Shown: piece after piece, positions 1 to 10,673 of the stretch
How the letters are laid out: each line of letters opens with the position of its first letter
Numbering within the stretch: position 1 is the first letter of the stretch
DNA from: Aureliella sp.
Lineage (GTDB): Bacteria; Planctomycetota; Planctomycetia; Pirellulales; Pirellulaceae
NCBI GenBank assembly: GCA_963691875.1
Contig: OY829846.1
Coordinates: 512,001-576,000, forward strand
DNA length: 64,000 bases
Direction: 5' to 3'
Position numbers and translations under genes: made by a program
The notes under the pieces: generated by a model
Told to the model about the DNA's origin: nothing
Databases searched by the model: none
The model's input: the letters and a program-made list of their open reading frames with translations, nothing else

Positions 1-2297
1 CTGGCCTGGACCAATAGCTCTACACAGCGACCGATCAGCCTAGGGGCTCGGTCGCCCAATCGGATAGCATCCAGGTAGTGTCGGACTGCAATTTGACGAT
101 TCCCAGCTACATCATTGATTTCAGCGCGCAATCGGGAAATTCGATGCCAAGTGGGGCGTGTTGTAGCAGCTTCAGATAAGTGCTGCAAAGCTTCCACTAG
201 CAGAGCAGGAGTATCGCGGTTGGCCTGCATCGTCAGGAGAGTCGCCCTACCAACTTGCCAAAGTGGTCCAGGTCCTTCGATGGCATAAATTCGTTCCAAC
301 GCGTTTTCTAATTTAGCGGTATCCTTCTCTCGGTAGGCTATGTCAAAAACCAGCAGCTGCAATCTAAGGTCACTTTTGCCTTCATTCTGCTCCTCTATCA
401 ACTCCAACTGTTGGCCACAACGCTTGTAGTCTTCAACTGAAAAGAAAAACTCAGCAAAATCTTTCGCCAATTCAATTCGTTGTTCCTGCGACCAATTAGG
501 GTCTGCTACAGAAAGTTCTTCTAGTTGCTCGAGTGGTAACTCGCTACGGTATCGCCGCCACAGGTAATTAGCATGCGCAAGTCGCAGGGCTGGGATACTC
601 CCAAGTTTTTCCTTTGCCTGTTCAAGCATCGCCAAGGCAGATATGAAATTCTCTCTTCGGAGATGCAATTCCACGATTCCACGATAAAGCTCGAGCGAAT
701 ATGGGGTTGATTGGATTTGTCGTTGGAGTGTCCGTATTGCTCCTTCTGCATCCCCAGCTGCATAACAAAGCTCCGCCTTCATCAATGCAACGTCTGCTTC
801 AACGCCGGGAACGTTTTCAAGTTTTTCGACGAGTTCTTCCCCGTATTTTCGATAGGCTTCTGATCCGGATCGCTGCCATTGCAAAAGCGTACATTTTGCC
901 AAGTCGATTGCTATACGCTTCGAGGTTGGATTGAGCCGTGCCAGATACTTCAGCTCTGCCAACGCCTCTCGCAAATTACCCATGCGAGTCAACGCTGAAG
1001 CAAGAGACTTGCGGGCCTCCCTGTCAAATGGATTCGCATTCAGTGCGCGGCGTAATGCTGCAATCTCCAAATCTTCACGCCCGAGTTGCTCAAAACAAAT
1101 CGCCAGAAGCATCTCAGTGCGTATCAACAAGTCCCGGTCTGTTCGGCCCGTTGTGTTGCGTGATTTCTTCGCTGATGCAACGGCCTTTAGGTACTGATGA
1201 TCTAAGAGGAACAATCTTGCCTCTAGGAAATGGATCGGTGCCTCTGCGAATTCTATAGCACGTAAGTCCGTTATCAGTTCTTTCGCACTTTCAACATTTC
1301 CCGACTCAACTTCGAGGCTAGCCAAATTCCAGGTCAGGTCTTTTTGCATTGGCGCATGCCTCAAGCCTTCCCTCAGTAATTCCGTCGCACCGGGAACATC
1401 CTGATCAATAAGCTTGAGCTGCGCAGCAGCGCCGTATAGTCTGTGGTCCTCAGGCGATGCCATCATTGCCGCTCTGATGACCTTGCTTGCGAAGTCTGTT
1501 TGTTCAGTTACCGTCGCAAGCTCTGCGGCGAGAAGACTAACTGCTGAACTTTCCGGTTCTAGATCAGCGGCGACGCTCAAATCTTGTTCAGCTGAATCGA
1601 GGTACTGATGCATGAGCTTTGGCTCGGCTGTCTTCCTCGCACGATCAAGTGTCCATTTAGCGCGAACAACATAGCTACTTGCTTGGTCATTTGCCCGGTC
1701 GACAAACGCGTCTAGTTTTTTTATTGCTACTTGCGGTCGTGTTAGACGATCTGCCAACAGGTAGGCAAGCCTTTCCACAACTTCGCTGTTTTTCGGAGCG
1801 ATGGATGAGGCCAATTGTAGAAGCTCTTTGGAGCGATTGGGGGCCCCAAGGTTTTCCTCAGCCAGTGCCAACTGCATCATGTAGCTGACATTCTTCGGGT
1901 TTTTTGGAAGGAGATGCTCCTCCAATTGACGCTTGGCATCCGAAAAACGCCCAATCTCTAGACAGAGGAGGACTAGGCGATCACGAGCTCGATCCGAATT
2001 GGGTTCGTCGCGGATCTCCGCTTCAAGCTGTAACAAAGCCTCTTTTACATTCCCGCTTTTTATGAGGCAATCGGCGAATTCCGATCGCAGATGTGGTTGG
2101 TCGCTGTGCTTACTAAGGACAACCTTATAAAGACGAATGGCTTCTAACAGATCTCCGTCATCTCTTGCTTCCCTGGCTTTTTCCAAGACGAGCGCTCTAC
2201 TCCGACCTGCTTGTGACCGGTGGAGCAAAACTGCGGATGTTAGGAGTAGGCACGCAGCAGCCGAAAGAACTCCTAAAAATCGCCAGTTCAGTTTCAT
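1..2297 (-). CDS. Large TPR-repeat protein of the exosortase/EPS locus (partial, runs off left edge)
   Basis: ATG at 2297 (MKLNWRFLGVLSAAACLLLTSAVLLHRSQAGRSRALVLEKAREARDDGDLLEAIRLYKVVL...). My hand translation stayed open towards the edge, with an N-terminal hydrophobic anchor and repeated TPR-like helical motifs. Missing from the ORF track, presumably because no stop is reached. Confidence 0.85.
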   Translation of the reverse strand, partial: MKLNWRFLGVLSAAACLLLTSAVLLHRSQAGRSRALVLEKAREARDDGDLLEAIRLYKVVLSKHSDQPHLRSEFADCLIKSGNVKEALLQLEAEIRDEPNSDRARDRLVLLCLEIGRFSDAKRQLEEHLLPKNPKNVSYMMQLALAEENLGAPNRSKELLQLASSIAPKNSEVVERLAYLLADRLTRPQVAIKKLDAFVDRANDQASSYVVRAKWTLDRARKTAEPKLMHQYLDSAEQDLSVAADLEPESSAVSLLAAELATVTEQTDFASKVIRAAMMASPEDHRLYGAAAQLKLIDQDVPGATELLREGLRHAPMQKDLTWNLASLEVESGNVESAKELITDLRAIEFAEAPIHFLEARLFLLDHQYLKAVASAKKSRNTTGRTDRDLLIRTEMLLAICFEQLGREDLEIAALRRALNANPFDREARKSLASALTRMGNLREALAELKYLARLNPTSKRIAIDLAKCTLLQWQRSGSEAYRKYGEELVEKLENVPGVEADVALMKAELCYAAGDAEGAIRTLQRQIQSTPYSLELYRGIVELHLRRENFISALAMLEQAKEKLGSIPALRLAHANYLWRRYRSELPLEQLEELSVADPNWSQEQRIELAKDFAEFFFSVEDYKRCGQQLELIEEQNEGKSDLRLQLLVFDIAYREKDTAKLENALERIYAIEGPGPLWQVGRATLLTMQANRDTPALLVEALQHLSEAATTRPTWHRISRLRAEINDVAGNRQIAVRHYLDAIRLGDRAPRLIGRCVELLVQA

Positions 2298-2359
2298 GAC
2301 AACGCTGATCTAAAGCCCTTGTACATCGTTGCGGCAGGCTGCAAATCTTATAAGCCGTC

Positions 2360-3124
2360 TCAAGAAGACAATGACTCTTGACGTAACGCTTTGCGGCTTC
2401 GGCGAAAAACGAGAAAAGCGGGAATCCCTGTTATTGCCATCGCGATCGCAGAGGGAAGAGGAACCGCAAGGGCAACCATGCCAGAGTTACGAGGCAAATT
2501 GACTGATCCAGTCCCAAAACCGGGGCTTTGTGAGCTCGTGAAGTACATGATGCTTGAAAACATCAGAGGTGAGGATGTGAGAGCATTGCGGAATCTAAAC
2601 ACAACCTTATTACTGGGAGTAATCGTTGCGGTGTTTGGCTCCACTGCCGCTGCGACAGAAGCATTGTCGTCGGCATTGATAAACGAGGGCAGGGATCCAG
2701 TTTGAAGCGGGTTCGCCAGACTACCATCGACACCTAAACCAAAGTTTCCGCCAAGGCCAACTTGCATCCCATCTGAGAAAACCGTGTCTGCCACAAATCC
2801 CGCTGAATTCGCAACACCGCCGTCACTTAGGTCGATCTGAAACCGGGAGAGATCATCATCTGTCCCGGAGTGCAACTTCGAATTGACAACTTGATAGAAA
2901 TAGACATAGCGGTCTGAGGTCCCAGTAGCATTGCTCGGGGTGATCCCGAGGTCCGTTGCCCAATTACCACTACCACCCGTATTGTCGTACACTGCGAAAC
3001 TCACGTGTGCGTCTGAGCTGACGTTTTCGCTAAAGTAGGAATTTCCACAGTGTCCAGTGAGAAAGCCAGCCGAGACAGGCGACACGCACAAAAAAGTTAA
3101 AATTACAAAAGCTAAGAACTTCAT
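2360..3124 (-). CDS. Secreted protein with VPLP-CTERM (PEP-CTERM-like) exosortase sorting signal
   Basis: Signal peptide MKFLAFVILTFLCVSPVSA; C-terminal VPLPSAIAMAITGIPAFLVF followed by basic RRSRK; lies inside the exosortase operon. Confidence 0.85.
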   Translation of the reverse strand: MKFLAFVILTFLCVSPVSAGFLTGHCGNSYFSENVSSDAHVSFAVYDNTGGSGNWATDLGITPSNATGTSDRYVYFYQVVNSKLHSGTDDDLSRFQIDLSDGGVANSAGFVADTVFSDGMQVGLGGNFGLGVDGSLANPLQTGSLPSFINADDNASVAAAVEPNTATITPSNKVVFRFRNALTSSPLMFSSIMYFTSSQSPGFGTGSVNLPRNSGMVALAVPLPSAIAMAITGIPAFLVFRRSRKALRQESLSS

Positions 3125-3195
3125 AATGTCTCTTTCGCCCCCGCGAAAATAAAATCAAAAAACCCATTTAGGGTAGCTAACCGTTAATACAAAAT

Positions 3196-3858
3196 TCACG
3201 AGTCAATTGCTCTGACCTCGAGTAAATCACGTTTCTGGATTGCTAAAAGTTTTCTGGCGAACCGCGCTAACACCGGCCAGCCTGCGTCTATGTCGCTTTG
3301 ACTGATTTGTAACAAGTACTTCTCAACGCATGGCCATGACTTATCACCCCAGCGAACAAGTAACTCCACCCGTGCTTCTTCCGCGGTAGTGAAGCACCTA
3401 TCTCCCATTCGATACCAGTGTGCTGTGACTATGCTTTTCGATTGACGCTGGAAGTGTATCAACTCAACGGGGATTTTCAGGTCGTCGCCTTCTATTTCTA
3501 CGTTTCGCCTACCCATGATCGTCCAATTGGCAGACGGATAGCAGATCTCGGGATGGTGTGGAGCCGCCATTCCTACCTCCTCCGGGGTTCCCCATATAGC
3601 AGCGTGAAAGGAAATCTCGTGGCCGATTGCATCCCTATAAAGTCGTTGAATAAACGAATTAGCGCTGAGTACTCCCAGCGTCTCCTCCTGAATCTCGATA
3701 TCCTCGCCACGCCACTGCCCTAGTGTGAGCGGAATGGTATGCAAATCGATGACGGGTTCCTCCACGTTAAACTTGTATCCAGATCGGACCCAGTGGACTG
3801 AGGTAAAGCTCAGACCAATGGCAGCGGCTACGATTATGATTTTGTTTCTAATCATCAA
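3196..3858 (-). CDS. epsI: Exosortase-associated EpsI family protein
   Basis: IPLTLGQWRGED, HHPEICYPSANW and TAHWY motifs; N-terminal anchor; near exosortase. Confidence 0.85.
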   Translation of the reverse strand: MMIRNKIIIVAAAIGLSFTSVHWVRSGYKFNVEEPVIDLHTIPLTLGQWRGEDIEIQEETLGVLSANSFIQRLYRDAIGHEISFHAAIWGTPEEVGMAAPHHPEICYPSANWTIMGRRNVEIEGDDLKIPVELIHFQRQSKSIVTAHWYRMGDRCFTTAEEARVELLVRWGDKSWPCVEKYLLQISQSDIDAGWPVLARFARKLLAIQKRDLLEVRAIDS

Positions 3859-3907
3859 GCTCGATCACCCGGTGATACATTTTGCGGCGGTCGTGTACTT
3901 CAAGATT

Positions 3908-6232
3908 TCACCGCGGTGCCGGCTTCTTTGCGTTAACCGCCGGCTCTTGCCTGTGATAGTCGTAATCGTACCCATAGCCATGATAGCCTAAGTTCTCGTG
4001 AATTCCAATGAAAACAGTGCCGAGGATATCAACCCCGTAATGGTTGAGCTCTGTGCAGGCATTACGGAAAGGCGGAACCCTTGACACGTCACGTCGGACA
4101 GTCATGATCGCTCCGTCGCAATGTGTGCCAACCAGGCAAGCATCTACTACTGCTAGAACGGGGGAGCTATCCACAATAATTAGATCAAATTCCTGCTTCA
4201 GCTCTTTGAAAAACTCCTCTAGCTTGCCATTAGACTCGTAACGCGTCATGTCGTCGTTGGCAGGTCCAGACGTGAGAACGTTAATGCTTCCAACCCTATG
4301 CACTGCTTCACGCCAATGACATCGACCACTCAAAACGTCTGACACCCCAAGTGACCGATCAAGACCAAGATACCTCTCGATAGAGGGTCTTCTCAAGTCA
4401 AAGTCAACTAGTAGCACCCGAAGGCTCGACTGGGCCAGAGTCTTTGCTAGCTGAACACTCATGGTCGACTTGCCTTCTGACGCGATTGCACTGCCAATCA
4501 TGATTACGCGTTTGTCAGCCTTTTGAAAAAGCATAGAGACAAGTGTGCTCGTGGAACGAATCGCCTCGCTAAGCGACCGAGATTCAGGCGGTAACTCGGA
4601 GGGATCCACCACCTCTCCGGTGATCGGAAATGCGTCATTCATCAGATACTTCGGCGCAACTTGCGGGATGGAGCCTAAACGCGTCGCCGTGAGCGATCCA
4701 TCGAGCATGTCGGGCGAATCGATTCGGCGGCGACTAACATCATATCCGACACAAAGTGCAACGGGCACAAAGAACCCAATGAGTCCGAGGGCGGCCAGCG
4801 TGAAGTAACGCTTCTTCTGACTCGCTGCGCCTGCCCACTTTGCATCATTCACTAATGTGATTCTCGATTCCGTTTTTAACTCGATTTTTGTTCTCTCTAT
4901 CTCTTCGCTCAACGAACTTAGGACGTCATCCAGACTTTGTATTTCGGACCGCATGATAAGAACATCAATGGACGAGCGTCCAAGTGTCTTAGTTCCTGCC
5001 TCGAGTTCAGCTACTTTCTCCTGAATTGCTTTCTCCTGTGATTGTAGAACCTTCACTCTCTTATCAAGAAAAGCTAGCCCCACAGTTTCTGAATGCTCTC
5101 CGATGCCAGACTGTGTTGACGTCTCTTCGATAGCGGCTAGCTGGGCAGCTAGACTTTCGACTTCGTGGCTTAATCCCAGTTTTTTGGCCTCAAGCGATCT
5201 CCGCCGGGATGCGACATTGGGGTGAGAGGTTCCAAAATTCTCCGCCCCCTCGCGAAGCTGCAATTCGACTTCCACGATTTCACGCTGCAAAGACATGAGT
5301 TCGCGATGTAACGGAAGTGTTGCGAGGGTGAGTGTATGTTTCGGTGAGACGTCTTCCGCAGTATCCTGTGTGGTCGCGGACTCCGTATTTCTAAGCTCGT
5401 TTAGCTCTAGAGCGATGTCGAGTTCGCCTTGTGCCTTCATCAATTCAAACTGAACCTCGCTCAATTTTTCTTGCATCAGGCCAAACTGTTGAATCGCACT
5501 TTGTTGAGCCACGGTTAGCGACTCGGAATCGCTTGTCCCAAGTGCCTCTGCGAGGAACCGTAGTTCTTGCTGTTTGGAACGCATCTGATCTTCGGAGGTT
5601 GCACGGACTGCCTGAAGGTTTTCCAAGCGTTGAAAACGGGTCATTCTTTCGCTATTGACGACCTCCTCTAAGTACGCGCTAACGATCGCATTCACCAGCA
5701 TGACCGAAGCCCTCGGATCCGAGGAAGTGAAACCAACCTCCATGATCTCACCATCTGCCTGAAACTCTGCGTCTACATTTTCCTTCATCCAAACAACAGG
5801 CTCTGTTTTGTTAGCGACCAGTGGTAGGTTTCGCACCTCATCATCTCGTAATGCAGCGTTGAGTACGAATGGTGTTGTTATCAACTGCATCTGAGTGTTT
5901 TTGTAGAGATCGAAGGTCGACTTCATGCCAGGATGATCTGCCGTTTCGAAAGCGAGCGGCTTCGCTTCGACTTTCACCCTAAGATATGCTACGGCCCGAT
6001 GTTCAGGCACGGTCAAATTCGCCCCCAATGCAGACAGGAGCAGAGCTAGCAGCACGCCTGCCGGCAGCGTGTATCGCGAATAACGGCGAAGTGACTGGAA
6101 CACCGTGACTGGAAGCAAAGACTTTTGCTCTTGTGCAGGTCCCTTAACCTCAGACTCGACAACTACTAGCTGCGAATGATTCCGATCATCCTCGGAAATT
6201 GACAGGCTTCGTGTTTGGTATTCGTTGGGCAC
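3908..6232 (-). CDS. Polysaccharide co-polymerase / BY-kinase (Wzc/GumC-like)
   Basis: Two TM segments around a coiled coil, Walker A SEGKST, VDFDLRRP, IIVDSSP, Tyr-rich tail GYHGYGYDYDY. Start moved to GTG at 6232 (GGAGG upstream), removing the overlap with exosortase. Confidence 0.9.
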   Translation of the reverse strand: MPNEYQTRSLSISEDDRNHSQLVVVESEVKGPAQEQKSLLPVTVFQSLRRYSRYTLPAGVLLALLLSALGANLTVPEHRAVAYLRVKVEAKPLAFETADHPGMKSTFDLYKNTQMQLITTPFVLNAALRDDEVRNLPLVANKTEPVVWMKENVDAEFQADGEIMEVGFTSSDPRASVMLVNAIVSAYLEEVVNSERMTRFQRLENLQAVRATSEDQMRSKQQELRFLAEALGTSDSESLTVAQQSAIQQFGLMQEKLSEVQFELMKAQGELDIALELNELRNTESATTQDTAEDVSPKHTLTLATLPLHRELMSLQREIVEVELQLREGAENFGTSHPNVASRRRSLEAKKLGLSHEVESLAAQLAAIEETSTQSGIGEHSETVGLAFLDKRVKVLQSQEKAIQEKVAELEAGTKTLGRSSIDVLIMRSEIQSLDDVLSSLSEEIERTKIELKTESRITLVNDAKWAGAASQKKRYFTLAALGLIGFFVPVALCVGYDVSRRRIDSPDMLDGSLTATRLGSIPQVAPKYLMNDAFPITGEVVDPSELPPESRSLSEAIRSTSTLVSMLFQKADKRVIMIGSAIASEGKSTMSVQLAKTLAQSSLRVLLVDFDLRRPSIERYLGLDRSLGVSDVLSGRCHWREAVHRVGSINVLTSGPANDDMTRYESNGKLEEFFKELKQEFDLIIVDSSPVLAVVDACLVGTHCDGAIMTVRRDVSRVPPFRNACTELNHYGVDILGTVFIGIHENLGYHGYGYDYDYHRQEPAVNAKKPAPR

Positions 6233-6237
6233 CGGGT

Positions 6238-7179
6238 TTACCTCCGAGGCTGATTGTACAGGGCCGAGACCTGTCTGGGCGGGTCGTTCGGCACAAATAG
6301 ACGGTCCAATAATATTAATTCGATCGACAGAAGCACGAAGCCGAGAGGCACCATCATCCAACCTGCGACTTCGTGAAATATGTATCCCGCTATTTCCGGC
6401 GATACTAGCTCGCAAATAGCTCCTATCAGGATAATCCGAATACAGTTCGAAGCTATAGCTATTGGAACGGCGCTTGTGAAAATCAAGCACTTTTCGGCAC
6501 GAGTTCGGTCAAAGCTCAAGCAGGCCGCAACTGTCAAAGCAAAAAATGCATTCAACATTCGTAGTCCGCTGCAAGTCTCTACAATTCCAATTTGGAAGGA
6601 TGCAAGTTGGATGCTGTTTCCCTGAACAAAACAGGGTATCCCTAACATTTGAAGACCATAGCTGCTCGCTATAGTCGAGAGGTCTTGAAGACCACCCCCT
6701 ATTAAGCCATGAAGAGGGCGAGGAAGGGGGATCATGAAAAATAGAAACAAAGCCGCTGGAAGGATCCAAGCCAAACCGCGTCTGCCGTAAATTGTCGAGG
6801 TAACTCCCAGCAGAAACGGGATCATTGAGAAAGCTTCAACACTTCTGGCACGAATGAGAGCGCCTAGCAGCAGAAGCCCTATGGCGGCAGCGCTGAGCAT
6901 CACTCCGATAACCAATCCGTCATCTGATGTGGTTGGGGACCTTAAATCAAGGGTATGACGCTTTGTCCAAAGGTAATAGATCGCGAAAGCTGGGACGAGA
7001 AACCCGTGCGAGTAATCAGCGTTAATTGTCCAAATCGAAATCAGCCATTTGGCGGATTGAAGATAAAGGACGGCAAGTGCAGATAAAGCCAACCAAAATG
7101 TCAGGTGCAGTGCCGCACGTGCAGATTCATTCTCAGTGAGCGAACGCTGATTCGGATTGGTTTTACTGAGTGAATTCAC
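6238..7179 (-). CDS. Exosortase (transpeptidase)
   Basis: Multi-TM protein with DYSHGFLVP, catalytic Cys in ETCSGLRM, SNCIRI (Arg) and FHEVAGW (His). Confidence 0.92.
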   Translation of the reverse strand: MNSLSKTNPNQRSLTENESARAALHLTFWLALSALAVLYLQSAKWLISIWTINADYSHGFLVPAFAIYYLWTKRHTLDLRSPTTSDDGLVIGVMLSAAAIGLLLLGALIRARSVEAFSMIPFLLGVTSTIYGRRGLAWILPAALFLFFMIPLPRPLHGLIGGGLQDLSTIASSYGLQMLGIPCFVQGNSIQLASFQIGIVETCSGLRMLNAFFALTVAACLSFDRTRAEKCLIFTSAVPIAIASNCIRIILIGAICELVSPEIAGYIFHEVAGWMMVPLGFVLLSIELILLDRLFVPNDPPRQVSALYNQPRR

Positions 7180-7319
7180 AAGATTTCTTCAGCAATCACA
7201 GAAGTAGGCGTTATTGGTTACTCGATGAATCGCGTTTATCGAATGACATGCAAAATTTCATTTCGATCCGCCGCATCGAATTATGCAGGCGACACTTGAA
7301 GCGGTTTTAGGCTTTACCT

Positions 7320-7751
7320 CTAAAGGCAATTGCCATCGCTGCGCATACGTACGTTAGGAAGATGAGAGCTGCACGTGGCGCATTGACTTTGCCGCTCTTT
7401 TCCTATGTTAGATGCACTTAGAGCCGACGAAGCAAGGACTTGATTCAGTCGCGAAATAGCAGGAGCGAACTTGGCGGCATCAGTTATTTGAACCTTTCCT
7501 TTCGCATTGACGGCATGGATGGCTTCTCCATTTGTTTGTGCCTCTGCCAACGATAGGTAGCTTTCCGACACTACTTTCGCGAACTCTTCATCCAAGAAAT
7601 CGCCGATACAAAAGAACGGAAATGGCTGGGCGGTTGCGCTCGATGTTTCAAGTTCTTTTACGTCGATTGCACTATTTTCTTTAGGCAAATAATCAAGTTC
7701 GCAAAGATTCATCTGACTGTCTTTAAGCAGGGATTCATAAATTAGTACCAA
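7320..7751 (-). pseudogene. Truncated N-terminal fragment of a 2OG-Fe(II) oxygenase-like protein
   Basis: AQPFPFFCIGDFLDEEFA...AVNAKGKVQITDAAKFAPAISRLNQVLAS resembles the N-terminus of EPS-locus 2OG-Fe(II) oxygenases; similarity ends before any HxD...H catalytic core. Confidence 0.55.
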
Positions 7752-7932
7752 GCCTGACTTGGTAGATCCTAATGCTATTGAAAACGGATGTACTTCGTTC
7801 CCATGGGTGACTTGCAGCCCAGGTGCCGTGACCCAAGTTGAAAAAAAAATTTGAAAATTGAAAGTGTAGGCGGCTGCTAGGGCTTAACGACTAATGAAGT
7901 CAAGTGCTTATTCGCAAATCAAAAGGAAGTAA

Positions 7933-9531
7933 CTAGTGACCGCCCTCTCGCAACAGGACCGTCCTGACCGTCCGCATGATCAGATAGCAGTCAAGCCAGA
8001 TACTCCAATTGCGAATGTAGTACATATCCCAATAGATCCGAAGCTCGTAGACGCCGCTATTGCGGCAGCGGACTTGCCAAAGTCCGGTTAGTCCGGGACG
8101 CACTGATTTGTAAAGTTGGTATTCGTCTGGATAGACGCGCACGTACGTCGCGTCGTAGGTAGGCGAGTCAATAATCGGTCTGGGACCAACCACACTCATC
8201 TCTCCCACCAAAATATTCCAAAGCTGCGGAAGCTCATCTAAACTCGTTGCCCGTAGAAACTTTCCAATCCAGGTTACCCTGGGGTCATTTTTTAACTTGT
8301 GCGTTTCTTGCCACTCTCTGTTCGCCTTTGGATTTTTCTCGAGAAAGGAATCCAAAACTTTGTCAGCATCTGACTGCATCGTCCTAAACTTCCAGGCGGT
8401 GAAGTGCTGTCCACCCAGACCAATCCGTTGCTGGCCGTACAAGACCGGACCTTTGGATGTGAGTTTGATTAGCAAAGCAATGGTTGCAAGAAACGGGAAG
8501 CCTAACAATAAAGCGGTAGCAGCCGCTGCGACATCCAATGTTCGTTTTACCCACTTGTGTAGCAATGTTGGTCGAGAACTACTGAGTCTTAGGCCCGTGG
8601 CGGCCCCAACACAGAGAAGTTCGTCCCAGATCCCCATGTCTAGCTGCTCGTATGCGAGCAAAACCCGATTGGGAATCACGGCGAGTGCTCGGTCAAGCGT
8701 GGATGTTATATCCCCCCCCGAGCCCTGAGAAATCAACGCACAAGTGATAGAATTCTCTGAGGCGAAGCTGTCGGCCGTCTTCACGTCGTAAATTGGAACC
8801 GTAGACTCGTTCGCAGTAGCCCAGTAATCCTCGGACTCCACCAAAACGCCTATCGGTCGGAAACCAAGCTCCTGCTCTTTCTGCAACCGATGAAATAGCT
8901 CTAGTCCAGGTCCAGGCTCTCCAATGATGGCTGTCGGAATACCCCACCAACTCCAGCGTGTCACCAATTTGCGAGTAATGAACCGCGAGGAAACTAAAGA
9001 GGGAATACCGAAAAAACCCGTCAGCACACACGTTACAAAAATGGCTGCCCATGACGCGACGTTCGAGTAGATTAGGACTCCCCCCATGATCAGCGAGCCG
9101 GCCATCACAACTCGGCATGTCTGACGGAACTCGACGATCGATCCAAGGCCGATACCTGGATACAAGCCTGATAAGCGTGCGATCGGTATCAAACATAGAC
9201 TCGAAATGCTGCCAGCGAAGGCTAATGTAGCAATCTCAGGTGCTAGTGTCGCCGACACCAATAATAACGAGGCCAGAAAACAACAGACGAATGTCACTGT
9301 GTCAGACAAAACGAGCGGCAACGACGTCAAGAAAGTCTGAAGCACAGCCGTGTTGGCGAGCTTTGCTGCAATGGGAGAATTATCACTCCTTGTCTTACAG
9401 TAAGCCGTTAACGTGAGTGCTGCGTTTCGATCTAAAGTCGGGAGTTTCGCGTAAGGAGTGACGCGGGATGTAACCTTTACTCGACCGGAATCCTTTGTGA
9501 CTACCGTCGTGCGTTCTGCGATGCTGGACAT
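7933..9531 (-). CDS. wbaP: Undecaprenyl-phosphate sugar phosphotransferase (WbaP/WcaJ-like priming glycosyltransferase)
   Basis: KRTLDV, WKFRTM, DPRVTWIGKFLRATSLDELPQLWNILVGEMSVVGPRP, RPGLTGLWQV, YYIRNWSIWLD; N-terminal TM helices. Confidence 0.92.
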   Translation of the reverse strand: MSSIAERTTVVTKDSGRVKVTSRVTPYAKLPTLDRNAALTLTAYCKTRSDNSPIAAKLANTAVLQTFLTSLPLVLSDTVTFVCCFLASLLLVSATLAPEIATLAFAGSISSLCLIPIARLSGLYPGIGLGSIVEFRQTCRVVMAGSLIMGGVLIYSNVASWAAIFVTCVLTGFFGIPSLVSSRFITRKLVTRWSWWGIPTAIIGEPGPGLELFHRLQKEQELGFRPIGVLVESEDYWATANESTVPIYDVKTADSFASENSITCALISQGSGGDITSTLDRALAVIPNRVLLAYEQLDMGIWDELLCVGAATGLRLSSSRPTLLHKWVKRTLDVAAAATALLLGFPFLATIALLIKLTSKGPVLYGQQRIGLGGQHFTAWKFRTMQSDADKVLDSFLEKNPKANREWQETHKLKNDPRVTWIGKFLRATSLDELPQLWNILVGEMSVVGPRPIIDSPTYDATYVRVYPDEYQLYKSVRPGLTGLWQVRCRNSGVYELRIYWDMYYIRNWSIWLDCYLIMRTVRTVLLREGGH

Positions 9532-10673
9532 ATTCGCTCGGGATCATCTAAGTAACTTCTAAGAAACAGAATTTAAGCAGAGAGGATTCACGCGACGCCG
9601 CGTAAGAGCATAGTCGCCACTAACGTTTGCAGTCGGCGAATCTACGCCATCCAAACTAATCTCATGTGGCCCTCCATCAAGTAGGCCCAGACGTGAAATC
9701 TGCATTTCATCGCATCGAAACGCTGTTAACGGAAGTGCGAACGACGGCAGCTCACCTCTAACGCCAAAATGGGACACCTAATTTTTTTTCAAATTTAATG
9801 CGCCCCCGAATAAAATCAGCAAAACGGAGTTTCGTAACGGAATGCAAAAAAGACTGTGGATCCGTGCAGCATGAAGCACTTTTAGGCGATTCAAGACGCT
9901 GTCTTCGCCAGCTCAAACTTAAACGCAGGGAGTCATCTGCAGTTTCCTCGCGTCGTTCCCATCCCGCCTTTTAAGGCGGCATACAGTGGGGTAGCCCTAG
10001 ATTGCAAGATCCCTACTCAAGCTGGCCTAGCTGACTGCTGCTTGAGCCCAAACGGACAGGTTTTTTAAAATTTCAGCTCGCAATTTCAACGCAAGCGAAT
10101 AGCTTTTTTCTCTGGCGTTACGCGGTTTCAGTGCTCTGAACAGTTGAAGCTTGGGGCCGTTGCCGCAAAAAAGTGAAAGTGTTTTTCGGCAACCCGTTTT
10201 CAACGCAAACGGGAGCGAGTTTGAGATTACGGAGTCGCAGGACTTTGCCGCTGACACCGGCGCAAAGGATTCCAAGAACGCGAGCGTAAGAGAAGAAGAG
10301 CCTTTAGGCGAAGGCCAATATCGCCCCTTGTATTCCCGAGTCACCCCAGCAAAATATTTCGTAGAGAGTGGGAATCCAAAAGCTTGTTGTCTGCATGATT
10401 CTTTGCAAGCTGCTTCAGGCAATGCTGGAATCGACTTATTGCCTGATGCGAATTCCTCGATTAGTGTATTCCCATAACCTCTCTGGCTCCTCCTCTCAAA
10501 CTCGACACTGTTTTGACGCGACTGCGCACGGCGTGGTGCTCACGCACCGGCGGATCAGTTTGATGCCAGGCTGTCGCAGTCTGTCTCCCATTTTGCTCTG
10601 TCGGCGACATACACCTAGATACTGCAAGCTAAACGTTACGCTCACAGAGAAGAAATTACGCAAGGAAGAATTC

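Noticed and set aside
6233..6490. N-terminal extension of the Wzc ORF in the track; similar extensions on rfbB, the FAD oxidoreductase and the HlyD gene
   Set aside because: They overlap neighbouring genes or lack protein-like sequence; better starts with RBS or signal peptides lie downstream
9964..9979. Palindrome CCGCCTT-TT-AAGGCGG whose reverse complement shares 13 nt with 42500-42512
   Set aside because: Dozens of chance 13-mer matches are expected in 64 kb and the second copy is not a full palindrome; insufficient evidence for a shared operator
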